Shown here: piece by piece, positions 39,491 to 48,934 of the stretch | How the letters are laid out: every line of letters starts with the position of its first letter | Position numbering within the stretch: position 1 is the first letter of the stretch | NCBI GenBank assembly: GCA_965203885.1 | Contig: OZ241920.1 | Location: 449,476 to 513,475, forward strand | Source of the DNA: a bacterium | GTDB lineage: Bacteria; JAAXHH01 | Direction: 5' to 3' | DNA: 64,000 nt | Made by a program: the position numbers and the translations under genes | The notes under the pieces: generated by a model | The model's database searches: none | What the model was told of the DNA's origin: nothing | What the model saw: the letters and a program-made list of their open reading frames with translations, nothing else

Positions 39491-40362
39491 GCTTCCAGGT
39501 GACGGCGGGGCCTGAGGTGCGTCATGATTACGCCGTCAGGTCCGAAGGAGAGCGAGAACAGATAGAACGCCCCCGCCGTCAGGATGATGGCGGGGCCGGA
39601 AGGCAGACTGGCGTGATAGGACAACAACAGGCCGACGAACCCGCCCAGGAAGGCCGCGAGCATACCGATGACCAGCAGGGGCGTGACGTCGCGCGTCCAG
39701 AACCGGGCGGCGGCGGCGGGCAGGATCATGATCCCCACCGCCATCAGGGTCCCCAGGGCATGAAACCCGCCCACCAGGTTGAGGACCGCCAGGACGAGGA
39801 AGCTGTAATGGGCCACCGGACTCAAGGCGCTGACCGAGCGGAGAAACCCCGGGTCGAAACACTCCATCACCAGTGGCCGGTAGATGATGGCGAGCCCGAA
39901 CAGGGTGACCGTGGCGATACCCGCGACCAGGAATATGGCCGCGTCGTTCAAGGCGAGCACCGTGCCGAACAGGATGTGCAACAGGTCGACATTGCTTCCG
40001 CGCGTCGAGACGATCACGACCCCGACGGCGAGGGAGATCAGGTAGAAGGCGGCCAGGCTGGAATCCTCGCGGGCCACGGTGGTTCGGGCTACCAGTCCGG
40101 AGAGCAAAGCCACCGTCACGCCCGCGATCACCCCGCCGAGCGTCATGGCGCCGAGCGACAGCCCCGCCACGAGGTATCCGAGGGCCGCGCCGGGAAGAAT
40201 GGCATGGGCCATGGCGTCCCCGGTGAGGCTCATCCGCCGCAAGGTCAGGAACACCCCGATGGGGGTCGCCCCCAGCGACAGGGCAAGGCACCCGACGAGG
40301 GCCCTGCGCATGAAGCCGAATTCGACGAAGGGGGCGATAACGGCATCGTACATCACGGACAC
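39487..40362 (-). CDS. znuB: ABC-3 family metal transporter permease
   Basis: 291 aa, eight predicted TM helices, ZnuB/MntB-like. Confidence 0.9.
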   Translation of the reverse strand: MSVMYDAVIAPFVEFGFMRRALVGCLALSLGATPIGVFLTLRRMSLTGDAMAHAILPGAALGYLVAGLSLGAMTLGGVIAGVTVALLSGLVARTTVAREDSSLAAFYLISLAVGVVIVSTRGSNVDLLHILFGTVLALNDAAIFLVAGIATVTLFGLAIIYRPLVMECFDPGFLRSVSALSPVAHYSFLVLAVLNLVGGFHALGTLMAVGIMILPAAAARFWTRDVTPLLVIGMLAAFLGGFVGLLLSYHASLPSGPAIILTAGAFYLFSLSFGPDGVIMTHLRPRRHLEA

Positions 40363-40390
40363 TCCACTGAAAGGACGGAAGTTATGGCGA

Positions 40391-41128
40391 TCATCTCACA
40401 CATACGGCCGCCTCTTCGTCAAAGGCCTCGGTGAGCCGGCGTGCCTGTTCGAGATTCGCCGGAGAAAGCACGTGCTCCGTCGGTCCGGCGGCGATCTGCT
40501 CGCGGGCCAGCAGCAGGGTTTCCGGGAAATCCGTCCGGACCTGGTCCAGGTCGTGTAAGACGGCGACCACCGTCCGCCGCTCCCCGTGCCAGCGACGGAT
40601 GAGTCCTTTGAGATCACGCACCGTCGCCGAATCGATGGACGTGAACGGCTCGTCCAGCAGGATCAGCCGCGCGTCCTGGAGGAGCAGGCGGGCGAACAGG
40701 GCACGTTGCATCTGCCCTCCGGAGAGGGTGCCGATGGGGCGCTTCTCGAAACCACTCAATCCCACGATTTCCAGGGCCTCGCCGATCTTCCGGCGGCCCT
40801 CCCGTCCGAAACGGCGGAAAGCCCCGGTCGTTCGCCAAAGTCCCATGGCCGCCATGTCGTAGACCGAGATCGGGAAACTCTGATCGATTTCGGACTGCTG
40901 CGGAAGGTATGCGATTTCCGACGCATCGATCCCCGTCAACCTGATCTCGCCTCCGAGCGGTGTCAGGCTGCCGACGGTCCCTTTGAGCAGCGTCGACTTT
41001 CCGGCGCCGTTCGGTCCCACCACGGCGACCAGGGCGCCTTCACGGATGGCATAATCGAGATGATGGACCGCGGGGTGGCGGTCGTATCCGAGGGTCAGGT
41101 TATCGAACCGCAGGATCGTACCATCCAT
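40391..41128 (-). CDS. znuC: metal ABC transporter ATP-binding protein
   Basis: Walker A GPNGAGKST, LSGGQ, Walker B. An in-frame upstream extension to 41221 would add (AMSTTP)x4 encoded by the 18-bp repeats. The start is ambiguous. Confidence 0.85.
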   Translation of the reverse strand: MDGTILRFDNLTLGYDRHPAVHHLDYAIREGALVAVVGPNGAGKSTLLKGTVGSLTPLGGEIRLTGIDASEIAYLPQQSEIDQSFPISVYDMAAMGLWRTTGAFRRFGREGRRKIGEALEIVGLSGFEKRPIGTLSGGQMQRALFARLLLQDARLILLDEPFTSIDSATVRDLKGLIRRWHGERRTVVAVLHDLDQVRTDFPETLLLAREQIAAGPTEHVLSPANLEQARRLTEAFDEEAAVCVR

Positions 41129-41136
41129 CGTCGAAC

Positions 41137-41201
41137 TCATAGCGGGTGTCGTACTCATAGCAGGTGTCGTACTCATAGCGGGTGTCGTACTCATAGCAGG
41201 G
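41137..41201. repeat. 18-bp direct tandem repeat x about 3.6 at the 5' end of znuC
   Basis: tcatagc[g/a]ggtgtcgtac x3 plus a partial copy. On the minus strand each copy carries an in-frame ATG. Confidence 0.85.
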
Positions 41202-41354
41202 CCCAGACGACCGCAAACCACAATAGACCGGCGGCGCCGCCGACAAGTGCCAGACGGGCTACGATGCCGGCCCGCAGGGGAGAGAATCCGGATTTATTCA
41301 TTAATTGCGACATGACAATACGCGCGAGTAATCGAGGCGCCGCTCACCTTACGA

Positions 41355-41445
41355 GGCGCCGCCCACGGTTTGGGGCGCGGCCCACAGTCCGTGCCGCCGC
41401 CCACCGTTTGGGGCGCGGTCCACAGTCCAGCCGCCGCCTACCGTT
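41355..41445. repeat. roughly 36-bp direct repeat x about 2.5 between the NicO-like gene and znuC
   Basis: gccgcccac[g/c]gtttggggcgcgg[c/t]ccacagtcc repeats. Confidence 0.75.
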
Positions 41446-42479
41446 TACAAATCCACTATATGATTCAGTACAAAGGACGCGTTCAGCGCCCACAGTCCCA
41501 TAAGCAACAGTAGGGCACCGCCCACCGCGCCCAGGCCGGCGGCCGCGAGTGTCCACAACGGCGACCGGTGCGCGACCATCTCACTCGCCAGGTCTCGCGC
41601 CTTCGTCGCGATAACGGCCAGGGTTACGATGGTGATCGCGGTACCTGTGGACATGGCGATAACGGAAAGCGCGCCATGCCAGATCAAATCCATCACGGCG
41701 GCAATGACCAGCACGAACACCGCTCCGGTGCAAGGGCGCAGTCCAATGGCCAGCACCAGGCCGGCCGCCGCGTGCCGGCTGCCGGCCGTATCTATCTCGG
41801 CAGCGCTCGGCAGATGCCGGCAGCTGCCACCTTCCCCTTCCGCTTGATCGGCATGGTCGTGGCGGACTTCGCCGGGTTCGCCCCGCAACTGGCGAACACA
41901 CGCGGGCACGGCGCGCGCGGCGCGTATCAGCAAGTAGAGTCCGACCAATGCCAGCATGGCGAAACTGACTCGCGTAGCCCACAAGGATGCGGATTCCGTC
42001 TCAATCGGCAGCCGACCAGCCAGACCAATCGGAACGTAAACAATCAACAGCGCCGTCACGCCTTGCAGAAACGCAGCTGCCGCGCCCATGGCGATACCGC
42101 GGTTCAGCCGGCTTCGATGGGTCATCAGGTAGGTCGTCAGCACGACTTTCCCGTGCCCGGGCCCCGCGGCGTGCAAGACCCCGTAAACAAAGCTCATCAG
42201 CACCAAAGCCCAGCCGACGCTGTTCTGGCCGCGCATCGAGCCCAGCTCCTGCGTCAGTTGCAGGAGGAATTCGTTCTGCTTTGTCCAGATCCAGGTCGCC
42301 GTCTGATCCCAGATCGCAACCGCCTGTGGGGTGCCGGCGAGACTTTCAGCGCTGGGTTGTCCGGCGTCGACAGGCTCGCCCGGCAGCATCGTTGTCGCGT
42401 AGAGATCCGCCGAGCATGCGATGGCGCATAGCCATGCGAGACAGACTGCCATGTACCCACTCACGCGCATCATATGCAT
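41445..42479 (-). CDS. NicO/RcnA/HoxN-family metal-cation permease with signal peptide and His-rich loop
   Basis: The family signature HAAGPGHGK. A second half-site motif. His-rich loop HDHADQAEGEGGSCRH. Start set at the ATG cluster MHMM at about 42479. The track start at 42551 lies inside the 34-bp repeat leader. Confidence 0.75.
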   Translation of the reverse strand: MHMMRVSGYMAVCLAWLCAIACSADLYATTMLPGEPVDAGQPSAESLAGTPQAVAIWDQTATWIWTKQNEFLLQLTQELGSMRGQNSVGWALVLMSFVYGVLHAAGPGHGKVVLTTYLMTHRSRLNRGIAMGAAAAFLQGVTALLIVYVPIGLAGRLPIETESASLWATRVSFAMLALVGLYLLIRAARAVPACVRQLRGEPGEVRHDHADQAEGEGGSCRHLPSAAEIDTAGSRHAAAGLVLAIGLRPCTGAVFVLVIAAVMDLIWHGALSVIAMSTGTAITIVTLAVIATKARDLASEMVAHRSPLWTLAAAGLGAVGGALLLLMGLWALNASFVLNHIVDL

Positions 42480-42510
42480 CGAACAGTCACCTTTAAAACA
42501 AACGGAATGC

Positions 42511-42630
42511 CGGGTCATCGCCGATCGCTTCATTGCAGCCAGTCGGGTCATCGCCGATCGCTTTCATTGCAGCCAGTCGGGTCATCGCCGATCGCTTTCA
42601 TTGCAGCCAGTCGGGTCATCGCCGATCGCT
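42511..42630. repeat. 34-bp direct tandem repeat x about 3.6 in the 5' leader between the Zur box and the NicO-like start codon
   Basis: cgggtcatcgccgatcgctttcattgcagccagt occurs at 42511, 42544 and 42578, with a partial copy at 42612. Confidence 0.9.
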
Positions 42631-42634
42631 GACT

Positions 42635-42654
42635 GTAATGTTATAACATAACAA
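42635..42654. promoter_or_regulatory. Zur box (perfect palindrome ATGTTATAACAT within TGTAATGTTATAACATAACA)
   Basis: A 12-bp perfect inverted repeat matches the core of the proteobacterial Zur consensus (GTTAT-A-ATAAC). It lies immediately downstream of the -10 of the promoter at 42664-42691. Confidence 0.7.
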
Positions 42655-42663
42655 AACAGACAC

Positions 42664-42691
42664 ATAATAGCATGTCGAGATTCGTTGTCAA
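42664..42691 (-). promoter_or_regulatory. sigma-70-type promoter TTGACA-N16-TATTAT driving the Zur-controlled minus-strand cluster
   Basis: Minus-strand TTGACA (complement of 42686-42691), a 16-nt spacer, then TATTAT (complement of 42664-42669). The Zur box starts 10 nt downstream of the -10. Confidence 0.55.
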
Positions 42692-42765
42692 GCCCAAGAT
42701 TAAATACTGCGTTAAAAAAGGCTGCCCGTGGAGGGTCATTCGTGCCGGCAAAGTACCCGCCTGAC

Positions 42766-42791
42766 ACAAAAAAGCCGCTCTTACGAGGGCT
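42766..42791 (-). terminator. candidate rho-independent terminator downstream of guaA
   Basis: Minus-strand AGCCCTC-GTAA-GAGCGGCT hairpin followed by TTTTTT (complement of 42768-42773). Confidence 0.4.
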
Positions 42792-42868
42792 GATCAGATA
42801 TTCGATGTAATCAGGTGCGGGGCGTTGCTGGAGGTGGGTTCAGTTGCCGGGCGTTGCTGGAGGTGGAA

Positions 42869-44410
42869 TCACTCCCATTCAATGGTGCCGGGCGGCTTGG
42901 AGCTGAGGTCGTAGACCACGCGGTTCACGCCCCTTACTTCGTTGATGATGCGGTTTGACACGTGCGCGAGGAAGTCGGCGGGCAGACGGGCCCAGTCTGC
43001 CGTCATGAAGTCCAGCGTGGTCACCGCACGGAGGGCGATGACGCGCTCGTAGGTCCGGGCGTCGCCCATTACGCCGACGGTCTTGACCGGGAGCAGCACG
43101 GCCAGCGCCTGGGAGACCTCGCCGTAGAGGCCCGCCGCGCGCAGCTCGTCGATGAAGATCTTGTCCGCGTCCTGCAGCATGGCCACCCGTTCCCGGGTCA
43201 CTTCCCCCAGCACGCGGATGCCCAGGCCCGGTCCGGGGAAGGGATGCCGGTCGATGATCTCGTCCGGCAGGCCGAGCTCCCGCCCTACGGTGCGCACCTC
43301 GTCCTTGAACAGGTTTCGGACCGGCTCCAGCAGTTCGAGTTCCAGGTCGTCGGGCAACCCGCCCACGTTGTGATGGGTCTTGATGACGCTGGCCGGTCCC
43401 TTCACGGAGGCGCTTTCGATCACGTCGGGGTAGAGCGTGCCCTGGGCCAGGATGCGCACGCCGCGCAGGGAGGTCAGTTCGCTTTCAAGCACCCGGATGA
43501 ACTCGTCCCCGATGATCCTGCGCTTCTGCTCGGGTTCCTCCACGCCTTTCAGCCGGTCGAGGAACCGGTCCGATGCGTCCACGAAGCGGAAGCGGGCGTT
43601 GATGGTCCGGCGGTAGGTCTCTTCGACCTGCCTGGCCTCGTCCTTCCGGAGCATGCCCGTGTCCACGAAGACACAGGTCAGACGGTCCCCGATGGCCCGG
43701 CCGATCAGCGCGGCCACGACCGAGGAGTCCACGCCGCCGCTCGCGAAACAGGCCACGCGCCGCTCGCCCACGGTCTCCCGGATGGAGGCCAGGGCCTCGT
43801 CGATGAAGGTCCGCGGCGTCCAGTTCCCCTCACAGCCGCATATGGCGAATACGAAGTTCTCCAGGATCTCGCGGCCATGAACCGTGTGCACCACTTCGGG
43901 ATGGAACTGCACGCCGTATATCCGTCGATCGGGCCGGGCGACGGCGGCGATGTGTCCGTTGTCGGATCGGGCGATGACGTCGAAATCCGGCGGCGGCGCC
44001 TTGAGCTCGTCGCCGTGACTCATCCAGACCGTCATCCGTTCGGGCAGGTCGCGGAACAGGGGCGTGCCGCCCGTCGTCCGGATCCCCGCGTTACCGTATT
44101 CCCGGGTCCCGGCGTGGGCGACCTCGCCTTCGTGGTAATGCCCCATCAACTGCAGGCCGTAGCAGATCCCCAGGATCGGCCTGCCCGTCTCGAATATGGC
44201 GGGATCGGGATGGGGCGCATCCTTTCCGTATACACTGGCCGGGCCGCCCGACAGGACGATGCCGGTGACGTTGCGTTCCGTTAATTCGGACGCCGGCGTG
44301 TCGTAGGGGAGCACCTCGCAGTAGACGTGGCTTTCCCGTATGCGCCGCGCGATGAGCTGCGTGTACTGCGCGCCGAAATCGAGGATGGCAATCCAGTTCG
44401 AGTCAGCCAT
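42869..44410 (-). CDS. guaA: GMP synthase (glutamine-hydrolysing)
   Basis: GATase1 with catalytic Cys (GICYGLQLM). The PP-loop SGGVDSSV. C-terminal dimerisation domain ending GTIEWE. Confidence 0.95.
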   Translation of the reverse strand: MADSNWIAILDFGAQYTQLIARRIRESHVYCEVLPYDTPASELTERNVTGIVLSGGPASVYGKDAPHPDPAIFETGRPILGICYGLQLMGHYHEGEVAHAGTREYGNAGIRTTGGTPLFRDLPERMTVWMSHGDELKAPPPDFDVIARSDNGHIAAVARPDRRIYGVQFHPEVVHTVHGREILENFVFAICGCEGNWTPRTFIDEALASIRETVGERRVACFASGGVDSSVVAALIGRAIGDRLTCVFVDTGMLRKDEARQVEETYRRTINARFRFVDASDRFLDRLKGVEEPEQKRRIIGDEFIRVLESELTSLRGVRILAQGTLYPDVIESASVKGPASVIKTHHNVGGLPDDLELELLEPVRNLFKDEVRTVGRELGLPDEIIDRHPFPGPGLGIRVLGEVTRERVAMLQDADKIFIDELRAAGLYGEVSQALAVLLPVKTVGVMGDARTYERVIALRAVTTLDFMTADWARLPADFLAHVSNRIINEVRGVNRVVYDLSSKPPGTIEWE

Positions 44411-44481
44411 TTAAGGGAGTTCAAAGGGATGGAATGCCGGGCGTCGTGAACCGTATGAACAGGTTGTGGAATATACGCCGT

Positions 44482-46953
44482 TCAACGTGCTTCGTCCAGC
44501 GTAGAAAGTAGTTTTTCAAGGGCGTTCTCACCCGAAGTCACCCGGAGTTCGATATCCACCGCGGCCAGGTGGTTGACGATGGCGTGGTCCGGCGGGATCC
44601 GTACGGCGTCCTTCTCCGTCGTGACGATGCATTCCGCGCCCGATCCTTCCGCCAGGGACACCGCCCGGTCCAGCTCGGAAGGGGTGAAGGGGTGGTGATC
44701 CGGGTAGGCCAGGACCCGGGTCACGCGTGCCCCGGCATCGGCGACCGTTCGCGCGAAGGAGGCGGGATTGGCGATACCGCAGAGGACAAGGACGTTGCGT
44801 CCGGCCAGCCACTCCACCGGCAGCGTCCCGTCGTCCGAAGACAGCGTCCCGTCGTCCGAAGACAGCGTCCCGTCGTCCACCAGCCGCCGCAGTCCCGCGG
44901 GGTGGTAGACTGTTTCGATCAGGGCCAGGTGGGGGAATTCGCCCTTGATGCGCGCCGTATCTACAACCGCGGAACGGGCCTGGTCCGTCCGTGTCAGGAC
45001 CAGTGCGTGTGCCCGGCCGAGCGAGGATGCCGGTTCGCGGAAGGGACCCGCCGGGAGCAGGCTCACGGGGGACAGCCGGTTGGACGCGTCGTGTACCACG
45101 ATGTCTATCTCGCGGCCGGTCCTCCGGTGCTGGAATCCGTCGTCCAGAATCAGCACGTCCGCGCCATGCCGGTCAATGGCCAGCCGTCCCGACGCGGTGC
45201 GGCTCGGGCCTACGATCACCGGCACGTCGGGAAGCGCCGAGGCCAGGAAGGCCGGTTCGTCGCCGACTTCCTGCCAGGTGGCGCCCGGTGCAGCGGCCCG
45301 GGTCGCGCGGGAGTTTCTTCCGTAGCCCCGGCTCAGGACGGCGGGCCGGTAACCGGCCTGCTTCAGCCGGCCGGTGAGGAATCGCACCACGGGCGTCTTG
45401 CCCGCGCCGCCCGCGGTCAGTGCGCCGACGCTGACCACTGGGACAGAAAGCCGGTCGGAATCCATCAACTTCATGTCGTACAGACAGTTGCGGAGCCTGA
45501 CCACCATACCCATCAGCAGGGACGGGGGGAGGAGCGCGGTGCGCATGAGACGAATGCCCGGGGCGCGCTCGCCGGGGTCCATCAGCCGGGTAATGAACGG
45601 GGTGCCTTGCGGGAAGCGCGACGGATAGCTCGACGAGTAACGCGATGTGTAACGCGGCAACCCGGATTCGCTTAGATCCGGGTCCAATATCCACCTGTCG
45701 ACCAGGTCCAGGGTGCGGTCCACGGCCCTCGAGCTTTCGCGTACGGCCTGGCCGGCGGCCGCACCCGTCCGCGCACGCTTCTGCGGGTCTTCCAGCAATT
45801 CGAGCCATTGCCTTGCGAGTTCGTCGCCGTCGCGTACGACCAGGCCTCCGCCGGTTCGCAGCAGGGCCGCCTCGCTTGCCCGGACGTTCTCGGTGTGGGG
45901 GCCGAACAGAACCGGTATGGAGCAGGCCGCGGGCTCCAGCAGGTTGTGCCCGCCGAGGGGGACCAGCGTGGCGCCGACGAAGGCCATGTCCGCGGCGGCG
46001 TACATGGCCGAAAGTTCGCCCATGGTGTCCAGGATGATTACATCGAAATGGACGGGGTCCCGCGTGTCCTGGCGGGTTCGGTGGGCGTACGCGAGTCCCG
46101 CCCCCCGCAGCATCTCCTCTACCTCCGGTACGCGGTTGAGATGCCGCGGCGCCCAGATCAGCCTTACCTCGGGATGCCGTTCGTGGACGCGGGCGAAGGC
46201 CGCCAGGACGGCTCTTTCCTCTTTCACGGGCCGGGGGCATCCCGCCATGATCACCGGTACGGACGCGGAGAGGCCGAGTTCACGGCGCAGCGCTTCTCGC
46301 CCGGGGCCCGCCTGTTCGGCGGCCAGGTCGAATTTTACGTTGCCCGTCACCCGCACCCGTTCCGGGTCCGCGCCATAAGCGATGAGCCGTTCACCGTCGA
46401 GCGCATGCTGGACACCCACGGCGGCCAGGCGCCGCAGCATGTGCCTGAACAGCGGTCTCACGAAACGGTTCCGCGCGAGACTGCGGTCCGACATGCGGCC
46501 GTTGACCAGGGCTACGGGGCAGTCGTGGGCGGCGGCCGCCTCGAGCATACCGGGCCAGAGTTCCCCCTCGAGCAGAATCAGTGCGCGGGGGCGTACCCGT
46601 CCGAATACGCGGCGGACGATGAACGGCGCGTCGAGGGGCGCCAGTCCGTGATACCGTGCCTGCCTTACATGCTGCCTGACATAGGCCAGGCCGGTCTCGG
46701 TCGTGGTGGTCACCAGCACGGCGAAACCGGGATGACGCTCCACGAAGCGGCTAACCACGGCCGCCAGGCCGGTGGCCTCGCCCACGGAGGCGCAGTGGAA
46801 CCAGACGACAGGGCGATTCTCGTCATCGTCGATTAGCGGCCGCTGGCCGAGCCGCTGGCGCATCCCGTAGCAGTCCAGGATGGACAGGCAGGCCAGGACC
46901 GGAGAGAACAGCACGGTCAGCGTGGAATAGAGCAGGATGTAGATTAAGTTCAT
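44482..46953 (-). CDS. bifunctional Kdo transferase (WaaA/KdtA) - tetraacyldisaccharide 4'-kinase (LpxK) fusion
   Basis: The N-terminal half has the WaaA signature WFHCASVGE. The C-terminal half has the LpxK P-loop VVSVGALTAGGAGKTP. The linker contains DDGTLSSDDGTLSSDDGTL from an in-frame 21-bp x3 repeat (about 44820-44880). Confidence 0.85.
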   Translation of the reverse strand: MNLIYILLYSTLTVLFSPVLACLSILDCYGMRQRLGQRPLIDDDENRPVVWFHCASVGEATGLAAVVSRFVERHPGFAVLVTTTTETGLAYVRQHVRQARYHGLAPLDAPFIVRRVFGRVRPRALILLEGELWPGMLEAAAAHDCPVALVNGRMSDRSLARNRFVRPLFRHMLRRLAAVGVQHALDGERLIAYGADPERVRVTGNVKFDLAAEQAGPGREALRRELGLSASVPVIMAGCPRPVKEERAVLAAFARVHERHPEVRLIWAPRHLNRVPEVEEMLRGAGLAYAHRTRQDTRDPVHFDVIILDTMGELSAMYAAADMAFVGATLVPLGGHNLLEPAACSIPVLFGPHTENVRASEAALLRTGGGLVVRDGDELARQWLELLEDPQKRARTGAAAGQAVRESSRAVDRTLDLVDRWILDPDLSESGLPRYTSRYSSSYPSRFPQGTPFITRLMDPGERAPGIRLMRTALLPPSLLMGMVVRLRNCLYDMKLMDSDRLSVPVVSVGALTAGGAGKTPVVRFLTGRLKQAGYRPAVLSRGYGRNSRATRAAAPGATWQEVGDEPAFLASALPDVPVIVGPSRTASGRLAIDRHGADVLILDDGFQHRRTGREIDIVVHDASNRLSPVSLLPAGPFREPASSLGRAHALVLTRTDQARSAVVDTARIKGEFPHLALIETVYHPAGLRRLVDDGTLSSDDGTLSSDDGTLPVEWLAGRNVLVLCGIANPASFARTVADAGARVTRVLAYPDHHPFTPSELDRAVSLAEGSGAECIVTTEKDAVRIPPDHAIVNHLAAVDIELRVTSGENALEKLLSTLDEAR

Positions 46954-46954
46954 G

Positions 46955-47629
46955 TCAGGACGGGTCCAGGCTTCGTCCGGCGGTCTCCCGGGCTTCCAGC
47001 AGGCGTTGCTGGAGTGCTATCCGGTACGGTTCGAGGCGTTCGACCGCCGTGTCGCCGGGCACTTCCAGCGGTTCTCCGAAGGCGATCGCCGCCGTGGAAA
47101 AGGGGCGCGGGACCATGAACCGGTCCCAGCTCGAAAGCTCCCAGGGTTTGCGCGAAGCCACCGCGAAGGGCACGATGGGCAGGCCGGACCTGCCGGCAAT
47201 GAACAGTGTGCCCGGCTTGACCTCCAGGCGGGGACCCCGGGGACCGTCCACGGTTACCCCCAGGTCGTCGCCGGCCGCGCCGGCCGACGCCATGCGGAAC
47301 AGGGCGCGGGTTCCCCCCCGGGTGGAGGACCCGCGTATCGTTCCGTACCCCATGCGCTCGATGGCCCGGGCAATCAACTCGCCGTCCCGGTGCTGGCTGA
47401 CCAGCACCTGTATCCCCTGCCGGCGAAAGGCGTAGGTAGCCACCAGCAGGCCCTCGTGCCAGAAGGCGTACAACACCCTCCGGCCGCCTTCCCGGGCCCG
47501 TTCCAGGTATTCCTCTCCGATCATGCGAATGGTGAGCGTCCCGCCCAGCAGGCCTATGGCGCCGGCGCTCAGTCTGCCCACCAGGGAAAACGCGGCGCCT
47601 TCAATACGCGACATCCGGAGCCCTTTCAA
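46955..47629 (-). CDS. DUF374 / lysophospholipid acyltransferase-like protein commonly linked to waaA
   Basis: 224 aa. Conserved FWHEG and LVSQHRDGE segments typical of the DUF374 family encoded next to Kdo transferase genes. Confidence 0.65.
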   Translation of the reverse strand: MKGLRMSRIEGAAFSLVGRLSAGAIGLLGGTLTIRMIGEEYLERAREGGRRVLYAFWHEGLLVATYAFRRQGIQVLVSQHRDGELIARAIERMGYGTIRGSSTRGGTRALFRMASAGAAGDDLGVTVDGPRGPRLEVKPGTLFIAGRSGLPIVPFAVASRKPWELSSWDRFMVPRPFSTAAIAFGEPLEVPGDTAVERLEPYRIALQQRLLEARETAGRSLDPS

Positions 47630-47686
47630 CTTTGCCTGCCGCCGTCTTCATCTTGTTGATCCTTGTCCCTTTAGATCTTTGCCTCT

Positions 47687-48934
47687 TTAGCTCCTTGTTC
47701 CCGCATCGTCCCCACCTCCCGCAACGTCCCCACCGCCCGCAACGTCCCCGCCGCCCGCATCGTCCCCGCCGCCCGCCAGGCCCAGGGCCAGATCGGCGAC
47801 GCGCGCCGCTGCGCCCGGCGTGCCCAGCCGGTCCTTCACCTCGCTTAGTTGGCGCGTCATCTCAGACCGCTTATCCGCGTCCTTGAGCAGCTCGAGGACC
47901 ACGGGCGCCAGGGTATTCGGTTCGACCGCGTCCTGGAGGAATTCGGGTGCGATGCGCCGGCCGGCGACCACGTTTACGAGACCGATGTCCGGTATGCGGA
48001 CCAGGCGCCGGGCGATCCACCAGGACAGGCGGGACATGCGGTACAGGACCAGCAGGGGCGTGCCGAAACAGGCGGACTCCAGGGTCGCCGTTCCGGACGT
48101 GACCAGCAGCAGGTCGGCGTGACGCATGACCTGGTAGGTGCTGTTTTCTACAACGGGCACGCCTCGTACGCCATCATCCAGGCGCAGTTCCCCCTCGAGG
48201 ATTCCGGCCAGTCCGTCGCGCGGTACGGTGGGCGCCAGTCCGATGACGCCCTGGACCCCGGGCAGATCCACCCGAACCTTCTCCAGGGTGCCGGCCATGG
48301 CGGGCAGCATGCGCTCCACTTCCAGGACCCGGCTGCCCGGGAGCATCCCGATGATCGGACGATCGGGATCGAGTCCCGCCCCTTCGCAGAATTCGGCCCG
48401 GGTCTGCCGGCTTTCCAGCGCTTCCGGCATGGGATGGCCGGCGTCGAGCATGGGATGGCCGACGAAGACCGCCTTCCCCCCCGCATTCTCGTACAGTTCC
48501 ACTTCGAAAGGGAAGACCACGGCCATAAGGTCGACGAGCCGAACGATGGCGTGGACCCGCCGGGACCGCCAGGCCCAGACCTGGGGACTGATGTAATACA
48601 GGACCGGTATCCCCCGCCTGCGCGCCTTGCGGGCGAGACGGAGATTGAAATCGGGATAGTCGATGAGGATCATGAGATCGGGCCGCCGGGACTCGAGGAG
48701 ACCGTCCAGCCGCTGCAGCGCCTTGCGAATGAAGGGCAGATGCCGGACGACCTCGGTGATGCCCATGACCGAGAAGCGTTCGATATGGTAGATCAACTCG
48801 CAACCGGCCCGTGCCATGCGGTCCCCGCCGACTCCGTATACGTCGATATCCGGGCGCCTGGCCTTGAGCGCGGCCACGACGCCCGCTCCGTGCATCTCGC
48901 CCGACGCCTCGCCGGCGACGATCATCACTCGCAA
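47687..48934 (-). CDS. lpxB: lipid-A-disaccharide synthase
   Basis: N-terminal VAGEASGEMHGAG... and GT-B fold. The C-terminus ends with GGGDDAGGGDVAGGGDVAGGGDDAG from an in-frame 18-bp x4 repeat (47701-47772). The start is uncertain: TTG at 48934 or ATG at 48925. Confidence 0.85.
   Translation of the reverse strand: MRVMIVAGEASGEMHGAGVVAALKARRPDIDVYGVGGDRMARAGCELIYHIERFSVMGITEVVRHLPFIRKALQRLDGLLESRRPDLMILIDYPDFNLRLARKARRRGIPVLYYISPQVWAWRSRRVHAIVRLVDLMAVVFPFEVELYENAGGKAVFVGHPMLDAGHPMPEALESRQTRAEFCEGAGLDPDRPIIGMLPGSRVLEVERMLPAMAGTLEKVRVDLPGVQGVIGLAPTVPRDGLAGILEGELRLDDGVRGVPVVENSTYQVMRHADLLLVTSGTATLESACFGTPLLVLYRMSRLSWWIARRLVRIPDIGLVNVVAGRRIAPEFLQDAVEPNTLAPVVLELLKDADKRSEMTRQLSEVKDRLGTPGAAARVADLALGLAGGGDDAGGGDVAGGGDVAGGGDDAGTRS

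Noticed and set aside
2425-42630. CRISPR arrays
   Set aside because: All repeat arrays are contiguous head-to-tail units without unique spacers, and no cas genes are present.
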